Shown: one piece after another, positions 55,562 through 64,000 of the stretch
Position numbering within the stretch: position 1 is the stretch's first letter
Layout of the letters: every line of letters begins with the position of its first letter
IMG/VR virus record: IMGVR_UViG_3300047375_000738
DNA length: 64,000 nt
Reading direction: 5' to 3' (one strand)
DNA from: a virus
Lineage: Duplodnaviria > Caudoviricetes
The notes under the pieces: generated by a model
What the model saw: the letters and a program-made list of their open reading frames with translations, nothing else
Told to the model about the DNA's origin: nothing
Database searches by the model: none
Position numbers and translations under genes: made by a program

Positions 55562-56303
55562 GTACTACCTCCTCGAAGTTATCTAAGCGTAGCATGTTAG
55601 GCCCATCGCTTGGTGCATTATCAGGATCAGGATGAACTTCTATGAAAAAATCTGTAATCCCAAGAGCACTGCTTGCCCTAGCCAAACCAGGAATATAATC
55701 CCTGTTGCCGCCACTAGATTCCCCATTGCCTCCGGGCTTTTGGCACGAGTGGCTAATATCGTACACAATTGGAGTGTTATAAGTGTCAAGCATATACTGC
55801 AAACCAGTAAAGTCAACGACAAGATTATTGTAACCAAAACTTGTTCCCCTTTCAGTTATCCAGACGTCTTTAGCGCCTTCTGTTTTACTTAGTACACCTT
55901 TCATATCCCAGGGTGCCATAAACTGTCCTTTTTTAATATTAACAATTTTATCTGTAGCACAAGCTGCTTGGATCAAGTCAGTCTGTCTACACAAGAATGC
56001 AGGTATCTGATAGACATCAACTGCATCTTTAAATTCTCTTTCAATACGTGCGACCTGTACATAGTCGTGTACATCAGTAAGTGTCTTTACACCTAGTTCT
56101 ACTTTTAGTGCTAGGAAGTCAGTTAGTGTTGCTTCCATACCCATACCACGTTTGCCTTTAATACTCGAACGATTGGCTTTGTCGTAACTTGCTTTGAAGT
56201 AATACTCAATACCATACTTATCGCATACACGTTTACACTCGCGAGCAATCTCTAAACTTTGCGGCAATGATTCGTGTTGACACGGGCCTGCTATAATTCT
56301 CAT
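55530..56303 (-). CDS. kdsA: Kdo-8-phosphate synthase
   Basis: IAGPCQHE, KASYDKANRSS, QIPAFLCRQTD, KKGQF, ERGTSFGY, EVHPDPDNAPSDG. Confidence 0.95.
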   Translation of the reverse strand: MRIIAGPCQHESLPQSLEIARECKRVCDKYGIEYYFKASYDKANRSSIKGKRGMGMEATLTDFLALKVELGVKTLTDVHDYVQVARIEREFKDAVDVYQIPAFLCRQTDLIQAACATDKIVNIKKGQFMAPWDMKGVLSKTEGAKDVWITERGTSFGYNNLVVDFTGLQYMLDTYNTPIVYDISHSCQKPGGNGESSGGNRDYIPGLARASSALGITDFFIEVHPDPDNAPSDGPNMLRLDNFEEVVRDIISYSYSR

Positions 56304-56304
56304 T

Positions 56305-56589
56305 TTATTCCTTATCCTTTACAATATAATACACATCTAAAGTTTTGTCAAGTTGTTTTCTTAGTGTAGGATACTTGTCGGCTAATGCAAATAAATTTTT
56401 CCATTGGTCGTAACTTACTATTCCCATAGCTTCGTTAACAGCTTCTAATTCTCCGCCAATTATCCAACGTCCTTCAAATTTTGATTTCTTTGGCTCATCT
56501 CTAAATCTAGCATATATTACACCATTAGCATTTTCATATATCAATGCTTCATGTGCTAGTTCAGTTTTTTCAGGTGTATCAATTATCAT
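56305..56589 (-). CDS. Hypothetical protein
   Basis: LIYENANGVIYAR motif. Confidence 0.6.
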   Translation of the reverse strand: MIIDTPEKTELAHEALIYENANGVIYARFRDEPKKSKFEGRWIIGGELEAVNEAMGIVSYDQWKNLFALADKYPTLRKQLDKTLDVYYIVKDKE

Positions 56590-57377
56590 TTACGCATACC
56601 ACTAAAAGTTGTTGTTTTAAACTTTTCATTATCATTTTTAAGACTCTCGATAAGATCAAAGTTTAATTCATTTTCCTGTAGTGTATGGGCAAGTGCTGCA
56701 ACATCTTTAGGCAAGCACATGCCACCGTATCCACGCAATCTATTATTTACATCAAGATAGAAGTTCTTTGTTTTACCAGTTTGTACATATGCATCTTTAA
56801 CTTGCGAATAATCGCACTCAAACTTTTCACAGAGTTCATAGAATACGTTTGCAAATACAATACGCAATGCTGCATACGAATTATTAAAGTACTTGAGTAT
56901 TTCTGCTTCAGTAGGTGCTAATTGCTTTACAGCCTTAGGTAAATGTCCGTGTGCTTCTACAATTTTTTTGTATACGTAAGGATCATCAGTACCAATTGCA
57001 AGTAGCTCATGATTATTAATAAAGTCATCTGCTGCTGCACGTTCACGCAAAAACTCTGGAGCACAACAAATCGTTAATGTTTCATGTTTGTCTATCATAC
57101 GTTCGGTAAAGCCTGGTTCGACTGTGCTACGTATACATGCTACACCTTGATAGTTAATATCAACAAGTTCTTGTAATACATTTTCAATAACCGATGTATC
57201 GCAAGCACCGTTTGTTTCAGGTGTTGGTAAGCACATGAATACAACTTCGGTATCTGTTAAATCTGTTATTTCAGTATCAAACTTGATATCGTGTTCTGCA
57301 ACTTCGTGTTCTAGTAATCTAAATCCTGTTGCATTTGCGTTTCCAACAACGCCCATTCCGATAATTCCTAGTTTCAT
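56586..57377 (-). CDS. UDP-glucose/GDP-mannose 6-dehydrogenase family
   Basis: GIIGMGVVG, CLPTP, RSTVEPG, PEFLRE, GYGGMCLPKD; lacks the C-terminal domain. Confidence 0.85.
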   Translation of the reverse strand: MKLGIIGMGVVGNANATGFRLLEHEVAEHDIKFDTEITDLTDTEVVFMCLPTPETNGACDTSVIENVLQELVDINYQGVACIRSTVEPGFTERMIDKHETLTICCAPEFLRERAAADDFINNHELLAIGTDDPYVYKKIVEAHGHLPKAVKQLAPTEAEILKYFNNSYAALRIVFANVFYELCEKFECDYSQVKDAYVQTGKTKNFYLDVNNRLRGYGGMCLPKDVAALAHTLQENELNFDLIESLKNDNEKFKTTTFSGMRK

Positions 57378-58237
57378 AATAAACTCTCTACTGTTTTTCT
57401 TAACCCTATTTCTAAAGGTGTATAATCTGTAAATCCTGTAAGTGTTTGTACTAGCGTAGTATCAGGACATCTACGTGTAGCACTTCCAACTGGACCAGGA
57501 CGTATTTCTAATCTATCAGGATTGATACCCATGTATCCCATAATTAATTTTGCTACAACACTTATACGTGTCTCAACGTCCTGTCCTACATTTACTGTTT
57601 GGTTACTAGCAGTTTGTATTAGTATGTCTGTCATACGCACAGCATCGTCAACATAACAAAAACTACGTGTGTCGTTGCCTTTGATATAGTACTCGCCTTG
57701 TTTACAACGTTCTACAAACTCATTTATAAAGTGGTCAATTTGTCCAGGACCGTATACATTAAAGTAGCGTATGATAAGATACTCAAGTCCGCTATTAGCA
57801 ACTAGGTTTTCGCCTAATGCTTTTGGTATACTATAACTCCAACGTGGATTAGTAATGTCGTTGTACATAACTGGTACTGCTTCGTCAGTAGGTACATGGT
57901 AGTAACCGTTGTCTATTGTGCTGTTGAATATTTCGCATGTACTAGCAAATACAAACTTTGTATCAGTGTTTCTATAACGTTCGATCAAGTTAATAGTAGG
58001 CAGTGTGTTGTTGATACAAACATCTGTAGGATTTTGATAAAAAAGTCTTGTACCATTAGTTGCTGCTAAGTGTACTACAACATCTGTATCGGGCATTGAA
58101 CTAGTTACATCCGAGTATCTTAGATTTTTACTATTATTATCTTTTTGATCATAGCCCGTTACGTTGTACGTATCTTTTATATAATTATAAAAGTGATTAC
58201 CTATGAATCCTTTATGTCCAGTTACTATTACTTCCAA
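57374..58237 (-). CDS. NAD-dependent epimerase/dehydratase
   Basis: TGHKGFIG, HLAA, YSIPK (YxxxK), RYFNVYGP. Confidence 0.9.
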   Translation of the reverse strand: MEVIVTGHKGFIGNHFYNYIKDTYNVTGYDQKDNNSKNLRYSDVTSSMPDTDVVVHLAATNGTRLFYQNPTDVCINNTLPTINLIERYRNTDTKFVFASTCEIFNSTIDNGYYHVPTDEAVPVMYNDITNPRWSYSIPKALGENLVANSGLEYLIIRYFNVYGPGQIDHFINEFVERCKQGEYYIKGNDTRSFCYVDDAVRMTDILIQTASNQTVNVGQDVETRISVVAKLIMGYMGINPDRLEIRPGPVGSATRRCPDTTLVQTLTGFTDYTPLEIGLRKTVESLL

Positions 58238-58893
58238 CCTGCTTCTTCCTTACTATTGCTAGTTGTATAATACTCTTGTGGCAATGCCATTGTAGTGTGA
58301 ATATCAATTTCGCCATTTATATGGTGTTGCATGTAATTAGCAAATTCTTTATTCTGTTGAGGGCTCATGTGGCAATAACGATGATCATCGTCTTCTTTTA
58401 ATCCCAATGCTTGCCAGTCAAGTTTGCTTATATTAATCATACTACCATTAGTACGATCAAGAAAATCAAATGCAAAAATAATATGTGTATCAGGGCGCTG
58501 ATATTTAATACTATCTAAGTATGCTGTATGATAAATGATATTGCTATCGTAATGCATATTTTTTTGTACTTCGTTTTTTATTGTTTTTGTTAAACGAGAA
58601 TCGAATAAACAGTTTGCATCTTTATTCATATCTTTTAGATCTGGATAATTAGTATTTTGATAAAATGCCAAATGCTTTGGGGTATTATTTTTAGTAGTAA
58701 AAATACTACCTCGTGTAGTACTAGTAACTACAAATATAATAGTATCATGCTTATGATGATTGTTTAAAAATTGAAAATAAGAATAATCAAAACTACTACC
58801 ACCAATACTATAATTAGTTACATCACCTATCAGAGATGGCCAGCCATTGCCGTATCCAAGTCCATAACTATCTCCAAATATTGCTATTGTCAT
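58228..58893 (-). CDS. SGNH-like protein
   Basis: IFGDSYG, NYSIGGSS, YCHMS. Confidence 0.5.
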   Translation of the reverse strand: MTIAIFGDSYGLGYGNGWPSLIGDVTNYSIGGSSFDYSYFQFLNNHHKHDTIIFVVTSTTRGSIFTTKNNTPKHLAFYQNTNYPDLKDMNKDANCLFDSRLTKTIKNEVQKNMHYDSNIIYHTAYLDSIKYQRPDTHIIFAFDFLDRTNGSMINISKLDWQALGLKEDDDHRYCHMSPQQNKEFANYMQHHINGEIDIHTTMALPQEYYTTSNSKEEAGWK

Positions 58894-59600
58894 TTAAAAC
58901 TTTCAAAGTATGCAGGCGGTAAACGTTTTTTAGTTGGACCTTTTTCGTGTAACATATATTCACTTAAAAAACATTTATTCAGCGGTGTATGTGTATTTTT
59001 GTCTATGCTTAGTTCAGATAAGTCTTTGTATTTTAATTTACTTGCTGCAAACATGCAAACCTGCCCGTCATACCATTTTGTAATTTCTTTAGGCTTATTA
59101 ACATATGCTTTCTTGTATGTTTCTAAAAATTGAAAAAAGTGTTTGTGATTTTTATTTACAATTACAAATCCTGATTCTGCACTATATTTTTCACCTAGAT
59201 AATCATGACTGAATAATGCAACACAATATTTTTTAGGACATAGTTCTGTAATTAATTTTGTTGCAAATTCTTTACGATACATTATATCAGCATCAGACCA
59301 AATTAAATAATCAGTATCTATATTTTCTAATGCGTGTATAAATGTTAAACCTTTCTTTGCAAATTTTATTTCTTTTTGCACAGATGATTTAAATTGTTTC
59401 CACTGTGGATATACTACATGATTCCAGTCGTATACTTTAAGTTTATCTGTTTCTGTAAACTTTGAGTTTACATTTTCAGCATAAAGATTTATCCTACAAT
59501 TACTTGGCGAATATTTTAAAAAACTGTTCAGCATATATCGACCAACATTATCATAATAATGCTGGTCCATAGTTGTTACATATTCAAACTTCAGTGCCAC
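58890..59600 (-). CDS. GT-A-type glycosyltransferase-like protein
   Basis: LIWSDADI (DxD), ESGF, WYDGQV. Confidence 0.55.
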   Translation of the reverse strand: MALKFEYVTTMDQHYYDNVGRYMLNSFLKYSPSNCRINLYAENVNSKFTETDKLKVYDWNHVVYPQWKQFKSSVQKEIKFAKKGLTFIHALENIDTDYLIWSDADIMYRKEFATKLITELCPKKYCVALFSHDYLGEKYSAESGFVIVNKNHKHFFQFLETYKKAYVNKPKEITKWYDGQVCMFAASKLKYKDLSELSIDKNTHTPLNKCFLSEYMLHEKGPTKKRLPPAYFESFK

Positions 59601-59934
59601 TTGTGCGTCTTACAATATCATCGTGATTGAACTCTGCCCAATACAATTCAAATGCAACGCCGTCTTCAAGGCCTTCGAACTGGTGTATCTTGCCTGGCTT
59701 AACTTGTGTAAAGTCGCCTGCGTTAAGAATAGTTTCGTCAACTAGTCCTTGATCATCTTGCCATACACGTACAAGCATTTGTCCTGACTCAACAAAGAAG
59801 CCGTTCCATTTAAACTGATGTTCGTGTTCACTGCATTTGTAACCTTTATTGAATTCAATACGATGGAACTCAAGTGCTCCATTTGCATGAATTAACTCTG
59901 TGTTACCCCAAATTTTTCCTGCTTTAATTCCCAT
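59584..59934 (-). CDS. Cupin (sugar isomerase/epimerase-like)
   Basis: CSEHEHQFKWNGF...PGKIHQF. Confidence 0.7.
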   Translation of the reverse strand: MGIKAGKIWGNTELIHANGALEFHRIEFNKGYKCSEHEHQFKWNGFFVESGQMLVRVWQDDQGLVDETILNAGDFTQVKPGKIHQFEGLEDGVAFELYWAEFNHDDIVRRTSGTEV

Positions 59935-59943
59935 TTTATTCTC

Positions 59944-60450
59944 CTATAATAATTTTCCGTAATCAACAATTTCACTTTGTCGATTAATATCTTTTACAAA
60001 ATATGCACAATCAGGATTTTCTCCATCAAAGATAGGAACGCTTAGTAAATGTCCGTTACGCATCTTTGGAAAAAACCATTTTACATCATTGTAAAAATTT
60101 GTAATTTCGATCTTAGCAAAGCGTGGATGTGTACCAGTTAACGGATTAAACAAAAATGCTTCAAAGCCTCTTTCGTTTAAACTTGTTAATGGTAGTACTT
60201 CTAAGTCACTGCCGCTTTGGCTGCATCCTACAGCAAGGCACCAATCTAATGGCATAGTAATTTCATTACCGCCAATTTCCATTACTATGGCTGGCGAATT
60301 AAAACTTTCTAAAAAGATCAACGGATTAAAGAAAAAATCCGGATCTTGTGGGTTACTGTTATCAAGCACTGCAAATCGTAAATCATCTTCGATTACTTCA
60401 GGCAAGGAATTTAATAGAAAACTTTCGTTTTCAAGTGTCATTATTCGCAT
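59944..60450 (-). CDS. Hypothetical protein downstream of the helicase
   Basis: Start moved to MRIMTLEN, 1 nt after the helicase stop. Confidence 0.6.
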   Translation of the reverse strand: MRIMTLENESFLLNSLPEVIEDDLRFAVLDNSNPQDPDFFFNPLIFLESFNSPAIVMEIGGNEITMPLDWCLAVGCSQSGSDLEVLPLTSLNERGFEAFLFNPLTGTHPRFAKIEITNFYNDVKWFFPKMRNGHLLSVPIFDGENPDCAYFVKDINRQSEIVDYGKLL

Positions 60451-60451
60451 G

Positions 60452-61915
60452 TTAATTCCAATCAACTTTTTCGATAGTGAATGGGTACTGCGCCTCTTTG
60501 TAAAACTTTTTACGTTGGGTAAGGTGCCGCTTCGCAAACTTGCATGTAGATGTCAAGTCCCATATTTGCACGAAGTCTTTGTCCTTTGCCTTTCTTACAC
60601 CTCTACCAATAGATTGAATTACTCTTACAAAGGACTTGCCAGGCTCCAAAAGAACCAAGTTAAAAATACGAGGAATGTTAAGACCCACGGCAGCAACTCC
60701 ATAGGTCGCGATAATAACCTCATTAGTTCCTTCACGGATTGTATCATATGTTTCTTTCCTGTCTTTGTTTTTAACAGCACCGCTTACAAATGTGCTGCCT
60801 GGTATAAGTTCAGCAAGCATTTCGCCTGCGCTAATTCTATCTACTAGTATTAATGTATTGCCTGATTCTTTTACTGTGTTTAATAATTTGCCTATATATT
60901 CTATTCTTGCTGGATTGTTAACAAGATATTTTAATTCTTCTTGGTAACCGCTGTGTGCTACTGTGTCAATCAATTGTACTACATTAACATGACATTCTGA
61001 CAGTACACCTTTGTCTTGTAATTCTTTTGCCGAGATGTTGCCAATTACAGGACCAAGACTAGCATGAATACTTTCAAACTCAAACTTTTCTTTAGGTACT
61101 GTACCAGTTAGTCCCCAACGTATAGGTGCATTACGTAGGTTGCGAGTGAGCAGGTTTTTAAGAACTTCTGCTTTGGCTTGGTGTACTTCGTCGACAATAA
61201 TAGTGCTTACACCTTCTAGAAACTCTGCAAGTGATAACACTGCTGAGCCGTCTTTTTGCTTCTTGTCTAGAATATTTAAACTCTGCCAAGTGCAAATAGT
61301 GTGAGTCTTACCTAACATCTTCCTGTCTCCGAAGTACACCCCTACATCGAGACCGCAGTTAATATAGTCCTCTTCTGTTTGTTCTACTAACGACTTGTTA
61401 GGAACAATCACAAGACTTCTACCATACGGCTCAGTTATGTGTGACAGCGTTGCTGTGGTAATAGTTTTACCTGCGCCAGTAGCAATCTGTTGCAAGCTCT
61501 GTGGGTTATTCAAAAAGTTATTAATTGCTTCTACTTGATAGTCACGTAGAATAATATCTTCGCCTTCTGCTGGATGACCTTCTGGCCATACTACGCCTTG
61601 ATCCTTCCAGTAGTTTTCTGTTACTGGTGTAAAGTCTAATTGTATAGGATGTCTATTGTCTTGAATATCAACTATTTCAACATTATTTTTTTGTAGCACT
61701 TGACTAACAGTGTCAAGATGATTAACATAGCCAGTACCGCCAATACCAAAAAAAGCAACTTTTCCATCCCAGCGACCAAGTTTATACTGTGGCATATATC
61801 GTGCGTAAGGCACTTCAAACTTGAGAGCATTCGATAACTTTCTCCGTACATCAACGTCTAGTCCTTCTAGTTTAATGTTTACTTCGTCTTCAATTATCAA
61901 TCTACACGTAGCCAT
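60452..61915 (-). CDS. uvsW: UvsW-like SF2 DNA helicase
   Basis: LRDYQ, ATGAGKT, DEVH, GLTGT, GLNIP, QSIGRGVR. Confidence 0.9.
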   Translation of the reverse strand: MATCRLIIEDEVNIKLEGLDVDVRRKLSNALKFEVPYARYMPQYKLGRWDGKVAFFGIGGTGYVNHLDTVSQVLQKNNVEIVDIQDNRHPIQLDFTPVTENYWKDQGVVWPEGHPAEGEDIILRDYQVEAINNFLNNPQSLQQIATGAGKTITTATLSHITEPYGRSLVIVPNKSLVEQTEEDYINCGLDVGVYFGDRKMLGKTHTICTWQSLNILDKKQKDGSAVLSLAEFLEGVSTIIVDEVHQAKAEVLKNLLTRNLRNAPIRWGLTGTVPKEKFEFESIHASLGPVIGNISAKELQDKGVLSECHVNVVQLIDTVAHSGYQEELKYLVNNPARIEYIGKLLNTVKESGNTLILVDRISAGEMLAELIPGSTFVSGAVKNKDRKETYDTIREGTNEVIIATYGVAAVGLNIPRIFNLVLLEPGKSFVRVIQSIGRGVRKAKDKDFVQIWDLTSTCKFAKRHLTQRKKFYKEAQYPFTIEKVDWN

Positions 61916-63080
61916 TTAGTCTCCATTTGTTTTTAAAAATACTTGGGCTATCGTCGTTATATATAATAAGATCGCATAATGAATCAATATAATTTTGAAC
62001 TTTATGATTGTTTCTTATACTGCTTATTGATATAGTTGCTTGAGGCTGCCAGTTATTTTTAAATAATAATTTAGGTAGTTTATCTTTACTAATATATACA
62101 ACTTCTGTACTATTGTCAAGCCAATTATTTAATTTTTTATCTTTAATATAATTGTTTACATTATATTCGTCGGATGATTTAGATCTAAATAATACTGTTT
62201 GTTTTTGAGTATTAAAATTGTGTTGTTCAAATGATTCAACAAAAGCAGCAAGTTCAGTTAACGGATTGTCAGGTGAAATTATTACTAGCAACGGAAACCG
62301 TTCTAGTTTTTTTAATCCTAAAATTATTTCGTCTAAATAAAATTCTTTTGGAGTAAGACATATTTCTGGATGCGAACGTTGTGCAATTAAATTTTCTATT
62401 GTATTATCTTTATCGCAAGTAATGTATTCAATGCCTAGTTGACGCTTACGATCTAACAATTGCAAACGACTAAAATTTTTAGTATACATATTAGCTTTTT
62501 CAGGTAAGTTTGATAATGCATCGTTCCACAACCCTGGTACATATTTTGAAGGGTTAGATTTGATAACTTTTATTTCTTCATACCAATCTACTAATTTTTT
62601 ATCTATCTCAAATTGAGTATTAATAAATTGAGAGCAAATATTGTCAATTGACTTTTCAGTTAACTGAAAGTAATGTTCGTGCGAACCTTTATCATGCTGA
62701 TAACTAAATTTAGGAATAGCATTAATTTTCATAATATCTTTTTTACTAAACGGAAATCTAATTTTAATCCATTCAACATTTTCAATTTTAACTATCTTGA
62801 TGTACTTTCTACGATCAATTTTTCTTAATGGCAATCGTAATGATTCTAATGCTATATCAAAATTATCAAACTTATTTTCTAAAAATTGATTTTTGTATGT
62901 AGCAAGTTTTATTTTCATAAGTGCATACTGTTTATCAGTTAACGCACTTCCTTTATAAACTTGTCTAGCAATACTATACATGATAGTCTTATCGCTTTTA
63001 TCAATTTCAATGCTGGAATCGCGAGACAGCCCTGCTATAGTTTCAAGACAATCTTCAATAGTATGTAAATAATTGCTCAT
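61902..63080 (-). CDS. Hypothetical protein
   Basis: 392 aa, AT-rich; own sigma70 promoter. Confidence 0.6.
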   Translation of the reverse strand: MSNYLHTIEDCLETIAGLSRDSSIEIDKSDKTIMYSIARQVYKGSALTDKQYALMKIKLATYKNQFLENKFDNFDIALESLRLPLRKIDRRKYIKIVKIENVEWIKIRFPFSKKDIMKINAIPKFSYQHDKGSHEHYFQLTEKSIDNICSQFINTQFEIDKKLVDWYEEIKVIKSNPSKYVPGLWNDALSNLPEKANMYTKNFSRLQLLDRKRQLGIEYITCDKDNTIENLIAQRSHPEICLTPKEFYLDEIILGLKKLERFPLLVIISPDNPLTELAAFVESFEQHNFNTQKQTVLFRSKSSDEYNVNNYIKDKKLNNWLDNSTEVVYISKDKLPKLLFKNNWQPQATISISSIRNNHKVQNYIDSLCDLIIYNDDSPSIFKNKWRLNGYV

Positions 63081-63097
63081 AATATTATAATAACAGA

Positions 63098-63955
63098 TTA
63101 TAGATAATCTGTCAATCTTTTTAGTGGAATACCTTGTGATATTTCATCTACAGTATATTCAGTATGGGCATAGTCGTTAAGCCATTGTGTTCTATCTGTC
63201 ATTAATGGTTGTTCAATATCGTGTAAAAAGTCTATATCGTTGGCCACATCATAAGCAAGACTATGAGTACTAACAAAAGCAGGAACGCCTTCGATGATAG
63301 AATGTATCCCAGGATTGCTACTGTAACTGATAGTGCAATGTATATCATTAAAGCCCATATCAAAAGAATCATAAGTGCCGTTAACATGTCGAGGCTCCTG
63401 TCTTGTTACGTGTGTAAGTCCGCGTTCTATATGTTCTAGTCTACAGCGTGGATGAGGTCGAAATATTATAGGACGGTCTGTGTGTTTACGTATTTCTTCG
63501 TATGTATTTAAGAACCAATTACTCATACGTGGCATGTCTTGCCATTGTAAACTTTTATCATGCTGCCCACATAACAAAATATATTTGCTGCTAGTACGCC
63601 ATGGTTTTACTTCGAGTCCCAGTAAACGCTTACGGCTATCATCGTTATTACTATCCCCAAAATAAGCATCTCGATTAATTCCATTTAGCCCCACCTTCCA
63701 CGTCGTACCTCTTTTGATGCCGCCAACTTCGAGGACGATAACTGGTTTACGAAGTTCACGACAACGGGTCCAAATATCTTTGTTACGAGCCATTCTACCG
63801 TGAAAAAGCACACTCCAAATAACATGGCAATCGGCATCATTAATATTATCACTATTACTAATGTTATGCCCATTAGTAATACAACTCCGCTCAAAAGCAG
63901 AAAAAACATCTTTGGAATTAAGGGCACCGTATTCTTTCCATAATTTAAATTTCAT
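63098..63955 (-). CDS. KpsC/KpsS-like (capsule synthesis) glycosyltransferase
   Basis: LLCGQ-x-x-x-S, IIFRPHP, SYSSNPGIHSIIEGVP. Confidence 0.6.
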   Translation of the reverse strand: MKFKLWKEYGALNSKDVFSAFERSCITNGHNISNSDNINDADCHVIWSVLFHGRMARNKDIWTRCRELRKPVIVLEVGGIKRGTTWKVGLNGINRDAYFGDSNNDDSRKRLLGLEVKPWRTSSKYILLCGQHDKSLQWQDMPRMSNWFLNTYEEIRKHTDRPIIFRPHPRCRLEHIERGLTHVTRQEPRHVNGTYDSFDMGFNDIHCTISYSSNPGIHSIIEGVPAFVSTHSLAYDVANDIDFLHDIEQPLMTDRTQWLNDYAHTEYTVDEISQGIPLKRLTDYL

Positions 63956-64000
63956 AGTTAAATAGTAACATATTTATAAGGAAAAGTCAATGACAATTAC

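Larger units (their letters stand above)
10240..63976. promoter_or_regulatory. Dispersed T4-like late promoter boxes (TAAATA)
   Basis: Sense-oriented in gene leaders at 10240, 12407, 14927, 16708, 17039, 17424, 17810, 18877, 18897, 20796, 24045, 26400, 26979, 28366, 28576, 30613, 30635, 31542, 40372, 49553, 50372, 63971. Confidence 0.7.

Noticed and set aside
59944-60450. Possible Hint/intein-like fold next to the helicase
   Set aside because: No N-terminal Cys/Ser or C-terminal His-Asn splice motifs; resemblance too vague without a profile search.
1-64000. Alternative genetic code (stop-codon reassignment, seen in some jumbo phages)
   Set aside because: Conserved genes are full-length in code 11, all three stops end genes, and no suppressor tRNA is present.

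Overview
64-kb segment of a large, AT-rich lytic tailed phage (jumbo myovirus-like): PAAR spike, tail fibres, T4-type primase/helicase/UvsW/clamp-loader-like genes, class Ia ribonucleotide reductase and TAAATA late promoters. A marine alphaproteobacterial (probably Rhodobacteraceae) host is inferred from the 5-aminolevulinate synthase, DUF1127 protein and YqgE/YbaN. Layout: (1) 1-18.9 kb, minus strand: tail, RNR and head-internal proteins; (2) 18.9-31.5 kb: host-like auxiliary genes; (3) 31.5-32.8 kb: structured non-coding region (22-bp iterons, IHF sites, palindrome array); (4) 32.8-39.9 kb: plus-strand early island with 12 near-consensus sigma70 promoters, two tRNAs and a three-hairpin RNA; (5) 40.4-64 kb, minus strand: replication genes mixed with glycan-modification genes (KdsA, KdsB, KpsS-like, UDP-sugar enzymes, carbamoyltransferase, APS kinase). 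Best candidate for a new system: the three-hairpin RNA at 37573-37686. Its loops all carry GCCCUC, complementary to the atypical GAGGG(C) ribosome-binding site in front of the promoter-proximal early genes, while many late and replication genes appear leaderless. This suggests a phage-encoded anti-Shine-Dalgarno translational switch. A candidate -1 frameshift (A9G at 14138-14147) and a 186-aa minimal DnaE core also stand out. All calls come from reading motifs by eye; no database searches were run.
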